A stretch of 64,000 nucleotides of DNA from Bacteroidales bacterium (GTDB lineage Bacteria > Bacteroidota > Bacteroidia > Bacteroidales > UBA932). Below the pieces are notes generated by a model that did not search any database, was not told where the DNA came from, and saw only the letters and a program-made list of their open reading frames with translations. Below, one piece after another: positions 48,648-59,285 of the stretch. Where the stretch lies: positions 461 through 64,460 of the forward strand of contig SFNZ01000002.1 of NCBI GenBank assembly GCA_004552615.1. The letters are read 5' to 3'. The first letter of the stretch is position 1. Each line of letters begins with the position of its first letter. The position numbers and the translations under genes were made by a program.

Positions 48648-49490
48648 ATGAACAAAAGAGTGGCAATACAGGGTTTCCACGGCAGTTTCCACGAACAGGC
48701 TGCCTGCAGTTTCTATGAGAAATTGGGCGAGCCCGAGCCGGACATCATCGAGTGCGCGACATTCGAGGGCCTTTTCACCTCTCTCGCGGACGACAAGGCG
48801 GATGCGGCGATAATAGCGGTCGAGAACACCACGTCGGGAGGACTCCTGCCGAACTTCGACCTGCTCAGGCGATACAAGGCCAGGGTAAAAGGGGAGATAT
48901 ATCTCCATATCCATCAGAATCTCATGGCGATTCCCGGGCAGAAACTCGAGGATATCCGCGAAGTCAGGACACATTACATGGCCATCAACCAGACCCGTCA
49001 GTTCTTCGAGACCAAGTGCCCGTGGATACAGATGGTGGAGTCGGAAGACACGGCCAAAAGTGCGGCAGACGTGGCAGAAGGACACCTGATGGGGGTCGGA
49101 GCCGTTGCCTCATCGCTTGCGGCGGAGCGTTTCGGGCTTGAGATCCTGCAGCCGGAAATAGAAACATACAGCCAGAACTACACGAGATTTCTCGTCATTG
49201 ACGACTCGGTGAACGTTCCGGAGGAGAGAATCAGCAAGGCATCGATATGTTTCACGTTGCCGCATACCCCGGGCTCCCTGGCACACATCCTCACCATACT
49301 GTCATTCTACGACATGAACCTGTCGAGGATACAGTCCCTCCCGATACCGGGCAAGAAATGGCAGTACTTCTTCTACGTAGATATTACATTCGAGAGTTAT
49401 GAGCGTTATACCCAGGCGCTTGCGGCTGTCAGGCCGCTTGTCGAGGGACTCGATATAATGGGTGAATATGAATCGGAGGCAAGACTATGA
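48648..49490 (+). CDS. pheA: Prephenate dehydratase
   Basis: AIQGFHGSFH, ENTTSG, NYTRF; ACT domain NLSRIQSLP. Confidence 0.95.
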   Translation: MNKRVAIQGFHGSFHEQAACSFYEKLGEPEPDIIECATFEGLFTSLADDKADAAIIAVENTTSGGLLPNFDLLRRYKARVKGEIYLHIHQNLMAIPGQKLEDIREVRTHYMAINQTRQFFETKCPWIQMVESEDTAKSAADVAEGHLMGVGAVASSLAAERFGLEILQPEIETYSQNYTRFLVIDDSVNVPEERISKASICFTLPHTPGSLAHILTILSFYDMNLSRIQSLPIPGKKWQYFFYVDITFESYERYTQALAAVRPLVEGLDIMGEYESEARL

Positions 49491-50710
49491 TCATCAGACC
49501 GGCCAGAAGGACAGAATCTGTCCAGGAATACTATTTCTCCAGGAAACTCAAGGAGATAGACAAGATGAATTCCGCACGGATTGCGGAAGGACTTCCACGT
49601 GTCATTAATCTGGGCATCGGCTCCCCGGACGGAATGCCGCCTGCGGAAGCCATTGATACCCTGAAGGAATGCGCCTCGATGCCCGGGACCCACGCATATC
49701 AGAGCTATGTCGGGACTCCAGAACTCAGGAAGGCGTTTGCAGACTGGTATGCACGATATTATGGTGTGACATTGTCCCCGGACGGGGAAATCCAGCCCCT
49801 GTTCGGCTCGAAGGAGGGCATCCTGCTCATCAGCATGGCTTTCATCAATGAGGGGGACAAGGTTCTGGTTCCTGATCCGGGTTATCCGACCTACACCTCC
49901 GCCTCCAGGCTTGTCGGGGCCGGGATATTGACCTACGACCTGAAGGAGGACAACGGCTGGCAGCCGGACTTCGACGCGCTTGAGAAAATGGACCTCGACG
50001 GCGTGAAGATAATGTGGACGAACTATCCGAACATGCCGACCGGAGGACGGGCCACCAAGGAACTCTACCAGAGGATAACGGATTTCGGCCTGAGACACAA
50101 TATCCTGATAGTCAATGACAATCCGTACAGCTTCATATTGAACGACAATCCTCTTTCCATCCTCGCATCCGAAGGGGCGAAGGAGTGCTGCCTCGAACTG
50201 AACTCGTTGAGCAAGGCGCACAATATGTCGGGCTGGCGTGTCGGCATGGTGGCCGGCTCCAGGGAGCTCATCTCGGAGGTCCTGAAAGTCAAGAGCCAGA
50301 TGGATTCCGGAATGTTCAGGCCGATGCAGATGGCCGCCGTGAAGGCTCTCGGCCAGGGACCCGAATGGTTCGAGACCCTCAATGCGGAGTACAAGGTGCG
50401 CCGCGAGGCTGCCGGAAAGATCTTCGACCTGATTGGTGCAAAGTATGACAAGGAGTCGAGCGGCCTGTTCCTTTGGGGACGTCTGGATCCTGGCAATCCG
50501 CTTCTCGCCAAAACGTCGCCACAGGCCGGGCCGGATGACCGCAGTCTCGGTGAAATACTCTCTGACAGAGTGCTTTACGAGGCAGGCGTATTCATTACTC
50601 CGGGATTCATATTCGGCAGGAACGGCCGGAATTATATTAGGATATCCCTCTGCGCGAAGCCGGAGGTGCTGGCGGAAGCATTGGAGAAAATACGTAAAAT
50701 CACGGAATAG
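49487..50710 (+). CDS. Class I/II PLP-dependent aminotransferase, likely aromatic or prephenate
   Basis: NYPNMPTG, DNPY, SLSKAHNMSGWRVG (PLP lysine); operon context. Confidence 0.9.
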   Translation: MIIRPARRTESVQEYYFSRKLKEIDKMNSARIAEGLPRVINLGIGSPDGMPPAEAIDTLKECASMPGTHAYQSYVGTPELRKAFADWYARYYGVTLSPDGEIQPLFGSKEGILLISMAFINEGDKVLVPDPGYPTYTSASRLVGAGILTYDLKEDNGWQPDFDALEKMDLDGVKIMWTNYPNMPTGGRATKELYQRITDFGLRHNILIVNDNPYSFILNDNPLSILASEGAKECCLELNSLSKAHNMSGWRVGMVAGSRELISEVLKVKSQMDSGMFRPMQMAAVKALGQGPEWFETLNAEYKVRREAAGKIFDLIGAKYDKESSGLFLWGRLDPGNPLLAKTSPQAGPDDRSLGEILSDRVLYEAGVFITPGFIFGRNGRNYIRISLCAKPEVLAEALEKIRKITE

Positions 50711-50716
50711 AATAAT

Positions 50717-51571
50717 ATGACAATATCAGTAATAGGACTCGGCCTCATAGGAGGCTCGATGGCAATAGACCTGAAACGCAGGGGATTCGCCGACAAGGTT
50801 CTCGGAGTCGAGAACGAGCCGGTCAATGCTTCTGCTGCGGAGAAAATCGGCCTTGTGGACAAGGTTGTCCCGTTCGGGGAAGCCGTAAGGGAAGGAGACA
50901 TCATCATTGTCGCCGTGCCGGTGGGCGCGGCCGTAAGGATGCTGCCGGAAATCCTGGACATTTTCCGTGAAATCGGCGCCACGGACAAGATAGTCATCGA
51001 CACCTGCTCTACCAAGAGCCGCATAGTCAGGAGCGTGCATTATCATCCGTTCAGGGCGAGATATGTGGCTACCCATCCTATGGCCGGAACCGAGTATTCC
51101 GGACCGTGGGCCGCGATGCCGAACCTCTTCGACGGACGTGCCTGCATCTTTGCGAACAGCGAGGAGTCGGATCCAAAGGCCGTCAATACCATAGAGAAGA
51201 TGTATGACGTGCTCAATATGAGACCGATATACATGAACGCCGACAATCACGATGTCCATACGGCATACGTCTCGCACATATCGCACGTCACCTCATTCGC
51301 CCTCGCCCTTACCGTGCTCGACAAGGAAAAGGACGAGAAACATATCTTCGACCTCGCCTCGGGAGGATTCTCCTCCACGGTCCGTCTCGCGAAGAGCAAT
51401 GCGGACATGTGGGTCCCGATTCTTTCCCAGAACAGGGACAATGTGCTCCAGGTCATTGATACATACATCGATAAGATGAAGGAATTCCGCGAGGCCATCG
51501 CGGACTACGACGAGGACAGGATACGGGGCCTCATCGGAGAAGCTAACCGGATCAAGAAGATATTAAGATAA
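50717..51571 (+). CDS. tyrA: Prephenate dehydrogenase
   Basis: GLGLIGGS, HPMAGTE, HD..AYVSHISH, FSSTVRLAKS motifs. Confidence 0.95.
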   Translation: MTISVIGLGLIGGSMAIDLKRRGFADKVLGVENEPVNASAAEKIGLVDKVVPFGEAVREGDIIIVAVPVGAAVRMLPEILDIFREIGATDKIVIDTCSTKSRIVRSVHYHPFRARYVATHPMAGTEYSGPWAAMPNLFDGRACIFANSEESDPKAVNTIEKMYDVLNMRPIYMNADNHDVHTAYVSHISHVTSFALALTVLDKEKDEKHIFDLASGGFSSTVRLAKSNADMWVPILSQNRDNVLQVIDTYIDKMKEFREAIADYDEDRIRGLIGEANRIKKILR

Positions 51572-51583
51572 AACCACATCAAT

Positions 51584-52678
51584 ATGGAAAGCAAACTAGA
51601 TCTTGTCCCTGTTTCCAAATGGGGAATTTTCCCGGAAGGCCAGCGCCCTCTCCTCATTGCAGGACCATGCAGCGCTGAATCAGAAGTCCAGGTCATGCAG
51701 ACCGCACGCGGACTCAAATCATTGGGAGTCAATGTCTTCAGAGCGGGTATATGGAAGCCCCGCACTCACCCGAACAATTTCGAGGGTATCGGCACTCCGG
51801 GCCTGAAATGGCTCCAGAGAGTGAAGAACGAGCTCGGGATGAAAGTCGCCACGGAGGTTGCCAGCGAGAAGCACATCTTCGACTGCCTCAAGTTCGGAGT
51901 GGACATGGTATGGATAGGTGCCCGCACCACGGCCAATCCTTTCCTGGTGCAGGAAATCGCTGATGCACTGAAGGATACGGACGTGCCTGTGCTCGTGAAG
52001 AATCCGGTCAACCCTGACCTCGACCTGTGGATTGGAGCCCTCGAGCGTCTCAACCAGGCCGGTATCAAGAAACTGGGCGTGATTCACAGGGGATTCTCTA
52101 CATCCGAGAAAATGGCTTACCGCAATGCCCCGGGCTGGCAGATTGCCGTGGAACTCAGGACCCGTTTCCCGGAATTGCCGTTCTTTGCCGACCCGAGCCA
52201 CATGGGAGGAAACCGTACTTATCTCCAGGAGATTTCCCAGCGTGCCCTCGACCTCGGTCTGGACGGCCTCATGCTCGAGTCCCATTGCGACCCGACATGT
52301 GCCCTGAGCGACGCCAAGCAGCAGCTTACCCCGGATGATCTCGGCAAGCTCCTTTCAGCCCTCGTGGTACGTGAGCAGGATTCCGACAGCCCTGAATACA
52401 AGGAGAATATAGACCAGCTCCGTGCGCAGATCGACATCATCGACGAGAATATTCTCTATATCCTCAGCACTCGTATGAACGTGAGCCGCAGCATCGGTAA
52501 TTACAAGAAGGAGCACAATATCGCCATTCTCCAGACTTCGAGATGGGATGAGGTGCTTTCGGGAATGCAGGCCAAGGCGAAGACTTACGGCCTGTCCGAG
52601 GACTTCATCGCTAAAGTCTTCACTGCCATACACGACGAGTCCGTGCAGGAGCAGAACAAGATTCTGTCCAAGGATTAA
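51584..52678 (+). CDS. Bifunctional DAHP synthase (type I-beta) / chorismate mutase
   Basis: IAGPCSAES, WKPRT, WIGART, DPSH; C-terminal AroQ domain LRAQIDIIDE. Confidence 0.95.
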   Translation: MESKLDLVPVSKWGIFPEGQRPLLIAGPCSAESEVQVMQTARGLKSLGVNVFRAGIWKPRTHPNNFEGIGTPGLKWLQRVKNELGMKVATEVASEKHIFDCLKFGVDMVWIGARTTANPFLVQEIADALKDTDVPVLVKNPVNPDLDLWIGALERLNQAGIKKLGVIHRGFSTSEKMAYRNAPGWQIAVELRTRFPELPFFADPSHMGGNRTYLQEISQRALDLGLDGLMLESHCDPTCALSDAKQQLTPDDLGKLLSALVVREQDSDSPEYKENIDQLRAQIDIIDENILYILSTRMNVSRSIGNYKKEHNIAILQTSRWDEVLSGMQAKAKTYGLSEDFIAKVFTAIHDESVQEQNKILSKD

Positions 52679-53829
52679 ATTGTATTTTTCCCGAATTCCC
52701 GGAGCGACCCGAGCAACGTCTCGTTAAAGACCTCCCTCTCGTGGTCGGAAAGGAAATCCACCTGAATAGGTATCTGGAACATCTTCAACTGAAGAGCTTC
52801 AGGTACCTTTTTGCATCCCCTCAGGCGCTGGCTGTCCTTTTCCGTGGTCCCGACGACCGCTGTAGGCCAGTTCCTTGCCGCGCCCGCTATGCGCTTGATG
52901 TCCACCGAAGAATAATTGTGGTGGTCGGAGAACTTGAAATGCTTGACTATGCTGTATGAATCGCTCAGGAACCTTTTCAGGGGAGTGTCCGATGCGATTC
53001 CTGACACGAGAATCAGTTTCTTGGAGTAGATGTACCTGTTGTCATGCGTATCCTTGAATACCGGCTCCAGATGGCAGTACTCAATGGTCGTGAAGAACAG
53101 GTGAATCTTCTTTCCGTGCGGATCGTCCCCCTGGCAGGTCTCAGGGTCGAATCCTTTGATGCCCAATGTCCTGGCCCATTCCAACTTCTCCCAGTCCTCC
53201 ATATAGGCGGGACATTTGGTGACGATTATGGCATTGGAGTGCCACAGTCTTTCCGGCAAGTCCCTGAGCCTTCCGAACGGAAGGAGCCTGTCCTTGCAAG
53301 GAGGCCTGTTGTAGTCCACCAGCACGATATTGAAAAATGCCTTCAGCGACCTGTACTGGAAAGCGTCGTCGAGTACGATGATATCGGATTTGTTTAGCTC
53401 CTTGTGGGCGCATTTGCGGGCCTTCCGCGCTGTCTGCAGCTTCTCGGGATGCAGCAGGAAATCGCAGCCCTCCACCCTGGTCCGGTCCACCGCCACGGTC
53501 ACGCCCGGGAACCTGTTCTTGATCTGCAGAGGCTCGTCTCCTGCGAATTTGGCCGTGTCAGACTCCAGAATCTGCTGGAATCCGCTGCTGTTTCGCTTGT
53601 GCCCGCGGGAAAGTACAGCAATGTTCTTGTCCCACCAGTCGGAGCTGCCGAGCAGAGTCCGGACAATCATTTCCGTATGCGGGGTCTTGCCCGTGCCACC
53701 TGCGGCAATGTTTCCCACGCAGATCGTAGGGACCTCGCAGGAATACACTTTCTTCACGCCGTTGTCGTACAGCGCGTGCCTGATTTTCAGGGTAAGATAA
53801 TAGGGAGCCAATAATATCCTTTCCAGCAT
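52675..53829 (-). CDS. lpxK: Tetraacyldisaccharide 4'-kinase
   Basis: VGNIAAGGTGKTP, GDEP, LDDAFQ, LLPFGRLRD, TTEKD motifs; start set at MLERILL. Confidence 0.96.
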   Translation of the reverse strand: MLERILLAPYYLTLKIRHALYDNGVKKVYSCEVPTICVGNIAAGGTGKTPHTEMIVRTLLGSSDWWDKNIAVLSRGHKRNSSGFQQILESDTAKFAGDEPLQIKNRFPGVTVAVDRTRVEGCDFLLHPEKLQTARKARKCAHKELNKSDIIVLDDAFQYRSLKAFFNIVLVDYNRPPCKDRLLPFGRLRDLPERLWHSNAIIVTKCPAYMEDWEKLEWARTLGIKGFDPETCQGDDPHGKKIHLFFTTIEYCHLEPVFKDTHDNRYIYSKKLILVSGIASDTPLKRFLSDSYSIVKHFKFSDHHNYSSVDIKRIAGAARNWPTAVVGTTEKDSQRLRGCKKVPEALQLKMFQIPIQVDFLSDHEREVFNETLLGSLREFGKNTI

Positions 53830-53854
53830 AGCGCGCAAATATAGCAATATTTTT

Positions 53855-54889
53855 CTAAAGTCCGTAAACACTTGAGCTTTCATTTAACGGACATGACCCC
53901 CATTTGGCGGAAATCTCATCGAGAATCGCCATTACTTCCTCCCCGGAAGGAGCTGTAACCAATCTCATTCTCGTCTCCTTGAAGTCCGGAAGACCCTTGA
54001 AATAGCACGACAGATGGCGTCTCATCTCGAGGATTCCGATTACCGGGCCTTTGAGCCCGACAGAAAGGGAAAGATGCCATTTTGCCAGTTCCACCCTGTC
54101 GTTCACGCTCATCGGTGCCAGCAGCTCCCCGGTATTGAGATAATGCTTTATTTCCCTGAATATCCACGGATGCCCGAAAGAGGCCCTGCCCACCATTATT
54201 CCGTCCACCCCATAGCGCTCGAACGCCTCCAGTGCCTTCTGCGGCGAATTGATGTCCCCGTTACCGATAATGGGAATCTTCATCCTCGGATTCTTCTTCA
54301 CTTCTCCAATCAGAGTCCAGTCCGCCTCTCCCTTGTACATCTGGCACCTCGTCCTTCCGTGTATCGTAAGTGCCTGGATTCCTGCGTCCTGAAGCCTCTC
54401 GGCGAGTTCCACAATGATTTTCGATTCCTCGTCCCAGCCGAGCCTTGTCTTCACCGTGACAGGCTTGCTGACTGCATCCACTATCATCCGGGTGATCATG
54501 ACCATCTTGTCCGGCTCGCGCATCATGCCCGAACCGGCACCGCGTCCGGCAATCTTGCTCACCGGGCAGCCGAAGTTTATGTCTATGATGTCGCATCCGT
54601 GACCGCCGGCTATGCTGTCCGCCCTGTCTGCCATTTTTGCAGCCTCCACCATCGCCTCCGGATTGTTCCCGTATATCTGTATGGCTATCGGGGCCTCCTC
54701 TTCGGAGGTCTTCATCTTCGCTATCGCCTTGGCTGCGTCACGGATGAGTCCGTCGGACGGAATGAATTCAGTATAAACCATATCCGCTCCGAACCGCTTG
54801 CACACTGTCCTGAAAGATGCGTCGGTGACATCTTCCATCGGCGCGAGCAATACCGGCCGTGGACCGAGATCTGTTTTTCCTATTGTCAT
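53855..54889 (-). CDS. dusB: tRNA-dihydrouridine synthase B
   Basis: [32 protein letters not shown] motifs. Confidence 0.95.
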   Translation of the reverse strand: MTIGKTDLGPRPVLLAPMEDVTDASFRTVCKRFGADMVYTEFIPSDGLIRDAAKAIAKMKTSEEEAPIAIQIYGNNPEAMVEAAKMADRADSIAGGHGCDIIDINFGCPVSKIAGRGAGSGMMREPDKMVMITRMIVDAVSKPVTVKTRLGWDEESKIIVELAERLQDAGIQALTIHGRTRCQMYKGEADWTLIGEVKKNPRMKIPIIGNGDINSPQKALEAFERYGVDGIMVGRASFGHPWIFREIKHYLNTGELLAPMSVNDRVELAKWHLSLSVGLKGPVIGILEMRRHLSCYFKGLPDFKETRMRLVTAPSGEEVMAILDEISAKWGSCPLNESSSVYGL

Positions 54890-54979
54890 GCTGCAAATTT
54901 ACGAATTAGGCTTGAATTTTGTGGCATTTCACAGGCCCTATCGGGCAAACAAAGGGAAAAGGAAAACAATTATTATACC

Positions 54980-55963
54980 ATGGGTAAACAAATCAAGACA
55001 GTTGGAGTGCTCACTTCCGGTGGCGACGCTCCTGGAATGAACGCATGTATCAGGGCCGTCACGAGGGCCGCCATATTCAACGGCATCAAGGTGATGGGCA
55101 TCTACAGGGGCTATGAGGGCCTCATCAACGGCGAAATCAAGGAATTCACCTCCGAGAGTGTCAGCAACACCGTCCAGCGCGGAGGTACCATCCTCAAGAC
55201 CGCCAGAAGCAAGGAATTCATGACCGAGGAGGGTCTCAAGAAGGCTTACGACAATCTCCAGGCATTCGGTATTGACGCCCTTATTGTCATCGGCGGAAAC
55301 GGCTCTCTCACAGGAGCACAGAGGCTTGCGAGGGAATTCGACTATCCGGTCATTGGCCTTCCGGGAACCATCGACAACGACCTGTACGGGACCGATTCCA
55401 CCATCGGATATGACACTGCCCTGAACACCATCGTGGACTGTGTGGACAAAATCCGTGACACCGCCACGTCCCACGACCGCATCTTCTTCGTGGAGGTGAT
55501 GGGAAGGGACGCCGGCTTCCTGGCCCAGAACAGTGCCATTGCGGCAGGTGCAGAGGCTGCCATAATCCCTGAGGACCAGACAGATGTCGACCAGCTGGAG
55601 CAGTTCATCAGCCGCGGATTCCGCAAGAGCAAGAATAGCAGTATCGTCATTGTGTCGGAGAGCCCGAAGGACGGGGGAGCGATGTATTATGCAGAGCGTG
55701 TCCGCAAGGAATATCCTCAGTACGACGTGCGCGTGACCATACTCGGACATCTCCAGAGGGGAGGTACGCCTACGGCATTTGACCGCATCCTTGCCAGCCG
55801 TCTCGGCTATGCCAGCATCGAGGCCCTGAAAGAAGGCCAGAGAAACGTGATGGTGGGCATCCACGACGACGAAATAGTATATGTCCCTATCGACAGGGCC
55901 GTCAAGAAGGACAAGCCGATTGACAGGGAACTTATCAACGTCCTCGGCGTGCTCTCGATCTGA
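54980..55963 (+). CDS. pfkA: ATP-dependent 6-phosphofructokinase
   Basis: [36 protein letters not shown]; real start MGKQIK inside the over-long ORF 54014-55963. Confidence 0.97.
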   Translation: MGKQIKTVGVLTSGGDAPGMNACIRAVTRAAIFNGIKVMGIYRGYEGLINGEIKEFTSESVSNTVQRGGTILKTARSKEFMTEEGLKKAYDNLQAFGIDALIVIGGNGSLTGAQRLAREFDYPVIGLPGTIDNDLYGTDSTIGYDTALNTIVDCVDKIRDTATSHDRIFFVEVMGRDAGFLAQNSAIAAGAEAAIIPEDQTDVDQLEQFISRGFRKSKNSSIVIVSESPKDGGAMYYAERVRKEYPQYDVRVTILGHLQRGGTPTAFDRILASRLGYASIEALKEGQRNVMVGIHDDEIVYVPIDRAVKKDKPIDRELINVLGVLSI

Positions 55964-55972
55964 CGCCGGAAT

Positions 55973-56833
55973 TCAGGGAGTGACCCATTTCACCGATGGG
56001 TCACGTTTCCACCAGGTGAGCTGCTTTTTGGCATAATGCCTGGTGTTGCGCCGGATCAGCCGTACGGCTTCGTCGAGGTCGATATTGCCGTCGAGATAGT
56101 CGAATATTTCCTTGTAGCCTACGGTGCGGAGTGCAGGCATGTCCCTGAATTGTGAAAGGGACTTCACCTCATCCACCAGCCCTTCGTCAATCATCTGCGT
56201 CACGCGCCTGTCAATCCGTTCATAGATTTCCTCTCTCGGGCGTGTGAGGCAGATTTTTTCGATGTCGAAACTGCGCTCCTTGGGGCCTTCCAGCTTGAAT
56301 GACACGAATGGTCTCCCGGTCTGCCTGAACACCTCGATGGCTCTCACGACACGATGGCCGTTGTTCCTGTCGATTGCGGCCCAGCTCTCCGGGTCGATGT
56401 ACCGGAGCTCTTCGGCGAGAGCTGCAACCCCTTCTTCCTGAAGCCTTGCAGTCAGTTCCTTCCTCATGACAGGGTCAGCGTCAGGAAGCCTGTCCAGGCC
56501 GTTGCATACTGCATCGATATAGAACCCAGATCCTCCCGTCATTACGAGAGTATCGTGTCCTTCGGCGAAAAGCTTCTCGATGAGAGGAATCGCCTCGAGC
56601 TCATAGTCTCCGGCGGTGTAATTCTGTGTAACTGAATGTGAATGAATGAAATAATGCTTCACGGCTGCAAGCTGTGAAGCATCCGGGACCGCTGTCCCTA
56701 TCGACATTTCCTTATATATCTGTCTTGAATCGCACGAGATGACAGGCGATCCATGTTCCAATGCCAGACTGATGCTGTAGTCAGTCTTCCCGACCGCGGT
56801 CGGCCCCGTGATGACAATCAGCCTGCCACGCAT
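55973..56833 (-). CDS. miaA: tRNA dimethylallyltransferase
   Basis: GPTAVGKT, DSRQIY..MSIGTA, TRHYAKKQLTW motifs. Confidence 0.97.
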   Translation of the reverse strand: MRGRLIVITGPTAVGKTDYSISLALEHGSPVISCDSRQIYKEMSIGTAVPDASQLAAVKHYFIHSHSVTQNYTAGDYELEAIPLIEKLFAEGHDTLVMTGGSGFYIDAVCNGLDRLPDADPVMRKELTARLQEEGVAALAEELRYIDPESWAAIDRNNGHRVVRAIEVFRQTGRPFVSFKLEGPKERSFDIEKICLTRPREEIYERIDRRVTQMIDEGLVDEVKSLSQFRDMPALRTVGYKEIFDYLDGNIDLDEAVRLIRRNTRHYAKKQLTWWKRDPSVKWVTP

Positions 56834-56846
56834 TGCAGCCCGTCCA

Positions 56847-57461
56847 CTAAAGGGTCAGGTCCTCCGAGCCGTCGTAGATCTCGTCGCCGTCCTCCTCGAA
56901 GGAAGACTTGATATCATCCTCCTCGTCCTCCTCTTCCTCGTCGTCACCGATTCCGAGGTCCAGATCATCGTCGGAGGAGGCTTCTGCATCCTTGCCCCAT
57001 CCTGATGAAGATGACTCTCCAGGGAGATGCTTCTGCTCGTCCGGAAGGTCCTCGTATGCTACATATCCATTTTCAAATGCCTCAGGGTCAGGACCTTTGG
57101 TCTCCACCAAGCAAGGATAAGACCTTCCCGGCACCTCTTCCACCTCGCCTTCGTATGTCAATATCACGCTCTTTCGGTCAGTGACATTGTAGAAATATGT
57201 GAAAGATGCAATCCCTTTCTCCACTGTATCGAGCACAGTGACCTCGTCAGCAGCACCGGACCCGAGGTCGAACATCCCGTAGCGGGCCACGAGAGAACCT
57301 GACTGGTCCAGTCCCTTGAACTGTATGAGCTGGTCGTTAGGAAAGCTCATGTCATCCCTCATGACTTTGTGGAACTCATAAAGAGTCATTGTGGATTTTA
57401 CTTCATATACACGGGCAAAGCCCTTGAGCCCAGGTAAAGAAACCCTAAATCTGAGAATCAT
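56847..57461 (-). CDS. pRiA4b ORF-3-like protein with highly acidic C-terminal tail
   Basis: FARVYEV..MTLYEFH...YFYN...YPCLV pattern; Asp/Glu-rich last 45 aa; upstream of miaA. Confidence 0.7.
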   Translation of the reverse strand: MILRFRVSLPGLKGFARVYEVKSTMTLYEFHKVMRDDMSFPNDQLIQFKGLDQSGSLVARYGMFDLGSGAADEVTVLDTVEKGIASFTYFYNVTDRKSVILTYEGEVEEVPGRSYPCLVETKGPDPEAFENGYVAYEDLPDEQKHLPGESSSSGWGKDAEASSDDDLDLGIGDDEEEEDEEDDIKSSFEEDGDEIYDGSEDLTL

Positions 57462-57557
57462 AGTTTTTAAAAAGCTAGTTGTTTTTTCACGGCTGCAAAT
57501 TTACAAAATATTTCTTTTCCATTGCATAATAACTCGCTTTTAACTAATTTTGAAGTT

Positions 57558-58205
57558 ATGGAACACGCAGATTTTTCCAAATACCCGGATACGTACAGGA
57601 GCATAGCCTCCCTGTCCACCGGCCTCTTCAAGGACAACGGCAGCCGTTTCCTCGCATTTGCCTATCCTGTGGAGACTGAGGACCAGGTCAAGGAGATTGT
57701 CGCTTCCCTCAAACGAGAGTATCACGACGCGAGGCATCATTGCTATGCCTACCGTCTCGGATACAGGGGGGATGTGTTCCGTGCCAATGATGACGGAGAG
57801 CCTTCTTCCTCCGCAGGCCGGCCTATTCTCGGCCAGATTGACTCCAACGGGTTGAGCGACATACTCATAGTGGTCGTGCGATATTTCGGCGGCATCAAGC
57901 TGGGGATACCCGGGCTGATACGTGCCTACAAGACTTCCTCGGCCGATGCCATAGCTTCCGCCCGGGTCGTGAACAAGACTGCGGTCATGCGCTACCGGAT
58001 GGAGTTCGGCTATTTGGAGATGAACCAGGTCATGAAAATCATCAAGGACATGGGCCTGGAGCAGAGGGCGCAGGATTTCGGTACGGCCTGCTCGATCGAG
58101 GTGGCTGTCCGCCTGTCGTCCGTGCAGGATTTCATGGACAGGGCCTCGAAGGTGCCGGGATGTGCAGTGACTGAATGCGGGGCCGGAAGCAGCACGGAGC
58201 AATGA
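57558..58205 (+). CDS. YigZ/IMPACT-family protein
   Basis: SRFLA, ARHHCYAYR, DDGEPSSSAGRPIL, RYFGGIKLG motifs. Confidence 0.95.
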   Translation: MEHADFSKYPDTYRSIASLSTGLFKDNGSRFLAFAYPVETEDQVKEIVASLKREYHDARHHCYAYRLGYRGDVFRANDDGEPSSSAGRPILGQIDSNGLSDILIVVVRYFGGIKLGIPGLIRAYKTSSADAIASARVVNKTAVMRYRMEFGYLEMNQVMKIIKDMGLEQRAQDFGTACSIEVAVRLSSVQDFMDRASKVPGCAVTECGAGSSTEQ

Positions 58206-58244
58206 CGGGGAACGTGTGAAGATACTAATTAACAATGCAGATAT

Positions 58245-59150
58245 ATGCCTAAAAGTCTAATTTCAATCCGGGATTTCTCCAAAGACGAGATTCTTCATGT
58301 CCTGGAAATCGCGAAGGAGTTCGAGCAGAACCACGAGCAGAACTTCCTGGCGGGAAAAGTCATCGCCTGCCTGTTCTTTGAACCTTCAACCAGAACCCGC
58401 CTTTCTTTCGAGGCTGCCGTCAACAGATTGGGAGCCAGGGTGATAGGCTTTCCGGACTCCCGCAACACCAGCGTTTCCAAGGGCGAGACCCTCGAGGACA
58501 CCATCAAGATTGTCTCCAACTACGTGGACATGATAGTGATGCGCCATCCGGTCGAGGGGGCTGCCGCCATAGCTGCCGGCGTCTCTCCGGTCCCGGTGGT
58601 CAATGCCGGTGACGGCTCGAACCAGCATCCTACCCAGACATTGCTCGACATGTACTCGATTCTCCAGACCCAGGGTACACTGGACGGTCTCACCATCAAT
58701 ATGGTAGGTGACCTCAAGTACGGAAGGACGGTTCATTCCCTCTCCGAGGCGATGTCGGATTTCGATTCCCATTTCGTGTTCACCGCACCGGATGAACTGA
58801 AGATGCCCCAGAAGTATCTTGACCTGCTTGACAGGAAGCACATCCCGTATGAGCAGACCTCATCCATCGAGGATCATCTCAACGACTGCGACATCCTCTA
58901 TATGACCAGGGTGCAGCAGGAGCGCTTCCCTTGCAAGGAGGATTATGACAGGGTCAAGGATATCTACGAGCTGACCGCATCCATGCTCGGCGGAGTGAAG
59001 AAAAACATGAAGATCCTCCATCCGCTTCCGAGAGTGACCGAGATTGCCACAGATGTTGATTCCACGCCTTATGCCTATTATTTCGAGCAGGCGAGGAATG
59101 GAATGTACATAAGGATGGCAGTCATTTCATATCTGCTCGGATACAGGTAG
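58245..59150 (+). CDS. pyrB: Aspartate carbamoyltransferase catalytic subunit
   Basis: FFEPSTRTRLSF, HPTQTLLD, GDLKYGRTVHSL, RVQQER, HPLPR motifs. Confidence 0.98.
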   Translation: MPKSLISIRDFSKDEILHVLEIAKEFEQNHEQNFLAGKVIACLFFEPSTRTRLSFEAAVNRLGARVIGFPDSRNTSVSKGETLEDTIKIVSNYVDMIVMRHPVEGAAAIAAGVSPVPVVNAGDGSNQHPTQTLLDMYSILQTQGTLDGLTINMVGDLKYGRTVHSLSEAMSDFDSHFVFTAPDELKMPQKYLDLLDRKHIPYEQTSSIEDHLNDCDILYMTRVQQERFPCKEDYDRVKDIYELTASMLGGVKKNMKILHPLPRVTEIATDVDSTPYAYYFEQARNGMYIRMAVISYLLGYR

Positions 59151-59158
59151 TATAGTCC

Positions 59159-59204
59159 GGCAAAAGCGGATATTTATCGAAAACATTTGCTTTTGCCTGA
59201 TTAT
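59159..59204 (+). terminator. Hairpin after pyrB, possible terminator
   Basis: GGCAAAAGCGGATATTT / AAACATTTGCTTTTGCC imperfect stem. Confidence 0.5.
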
Positions 59205-59285
59205 TCATTATATTTACATCGGTTTACTATGACAATTGTAAATCGATGTTTAGCTTTTGTTTATAAAATGTAATTCACAAATATT

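Noticed and set aside
54014..54979. Apparent 322-aa N-terminal extension on pfkA (649-aa ORF)
   Set aside because: It is the antisense shadow of dusB; PfkA similarity begins at ATG 54980 after an AT-rich initiation region
56847..57461. pRiA4b ORF-3-like gene as a plasmid or IS marker
   Set aside because: Sits in a housekeeping context upstream of miaA, with no transposase or terminal repeats
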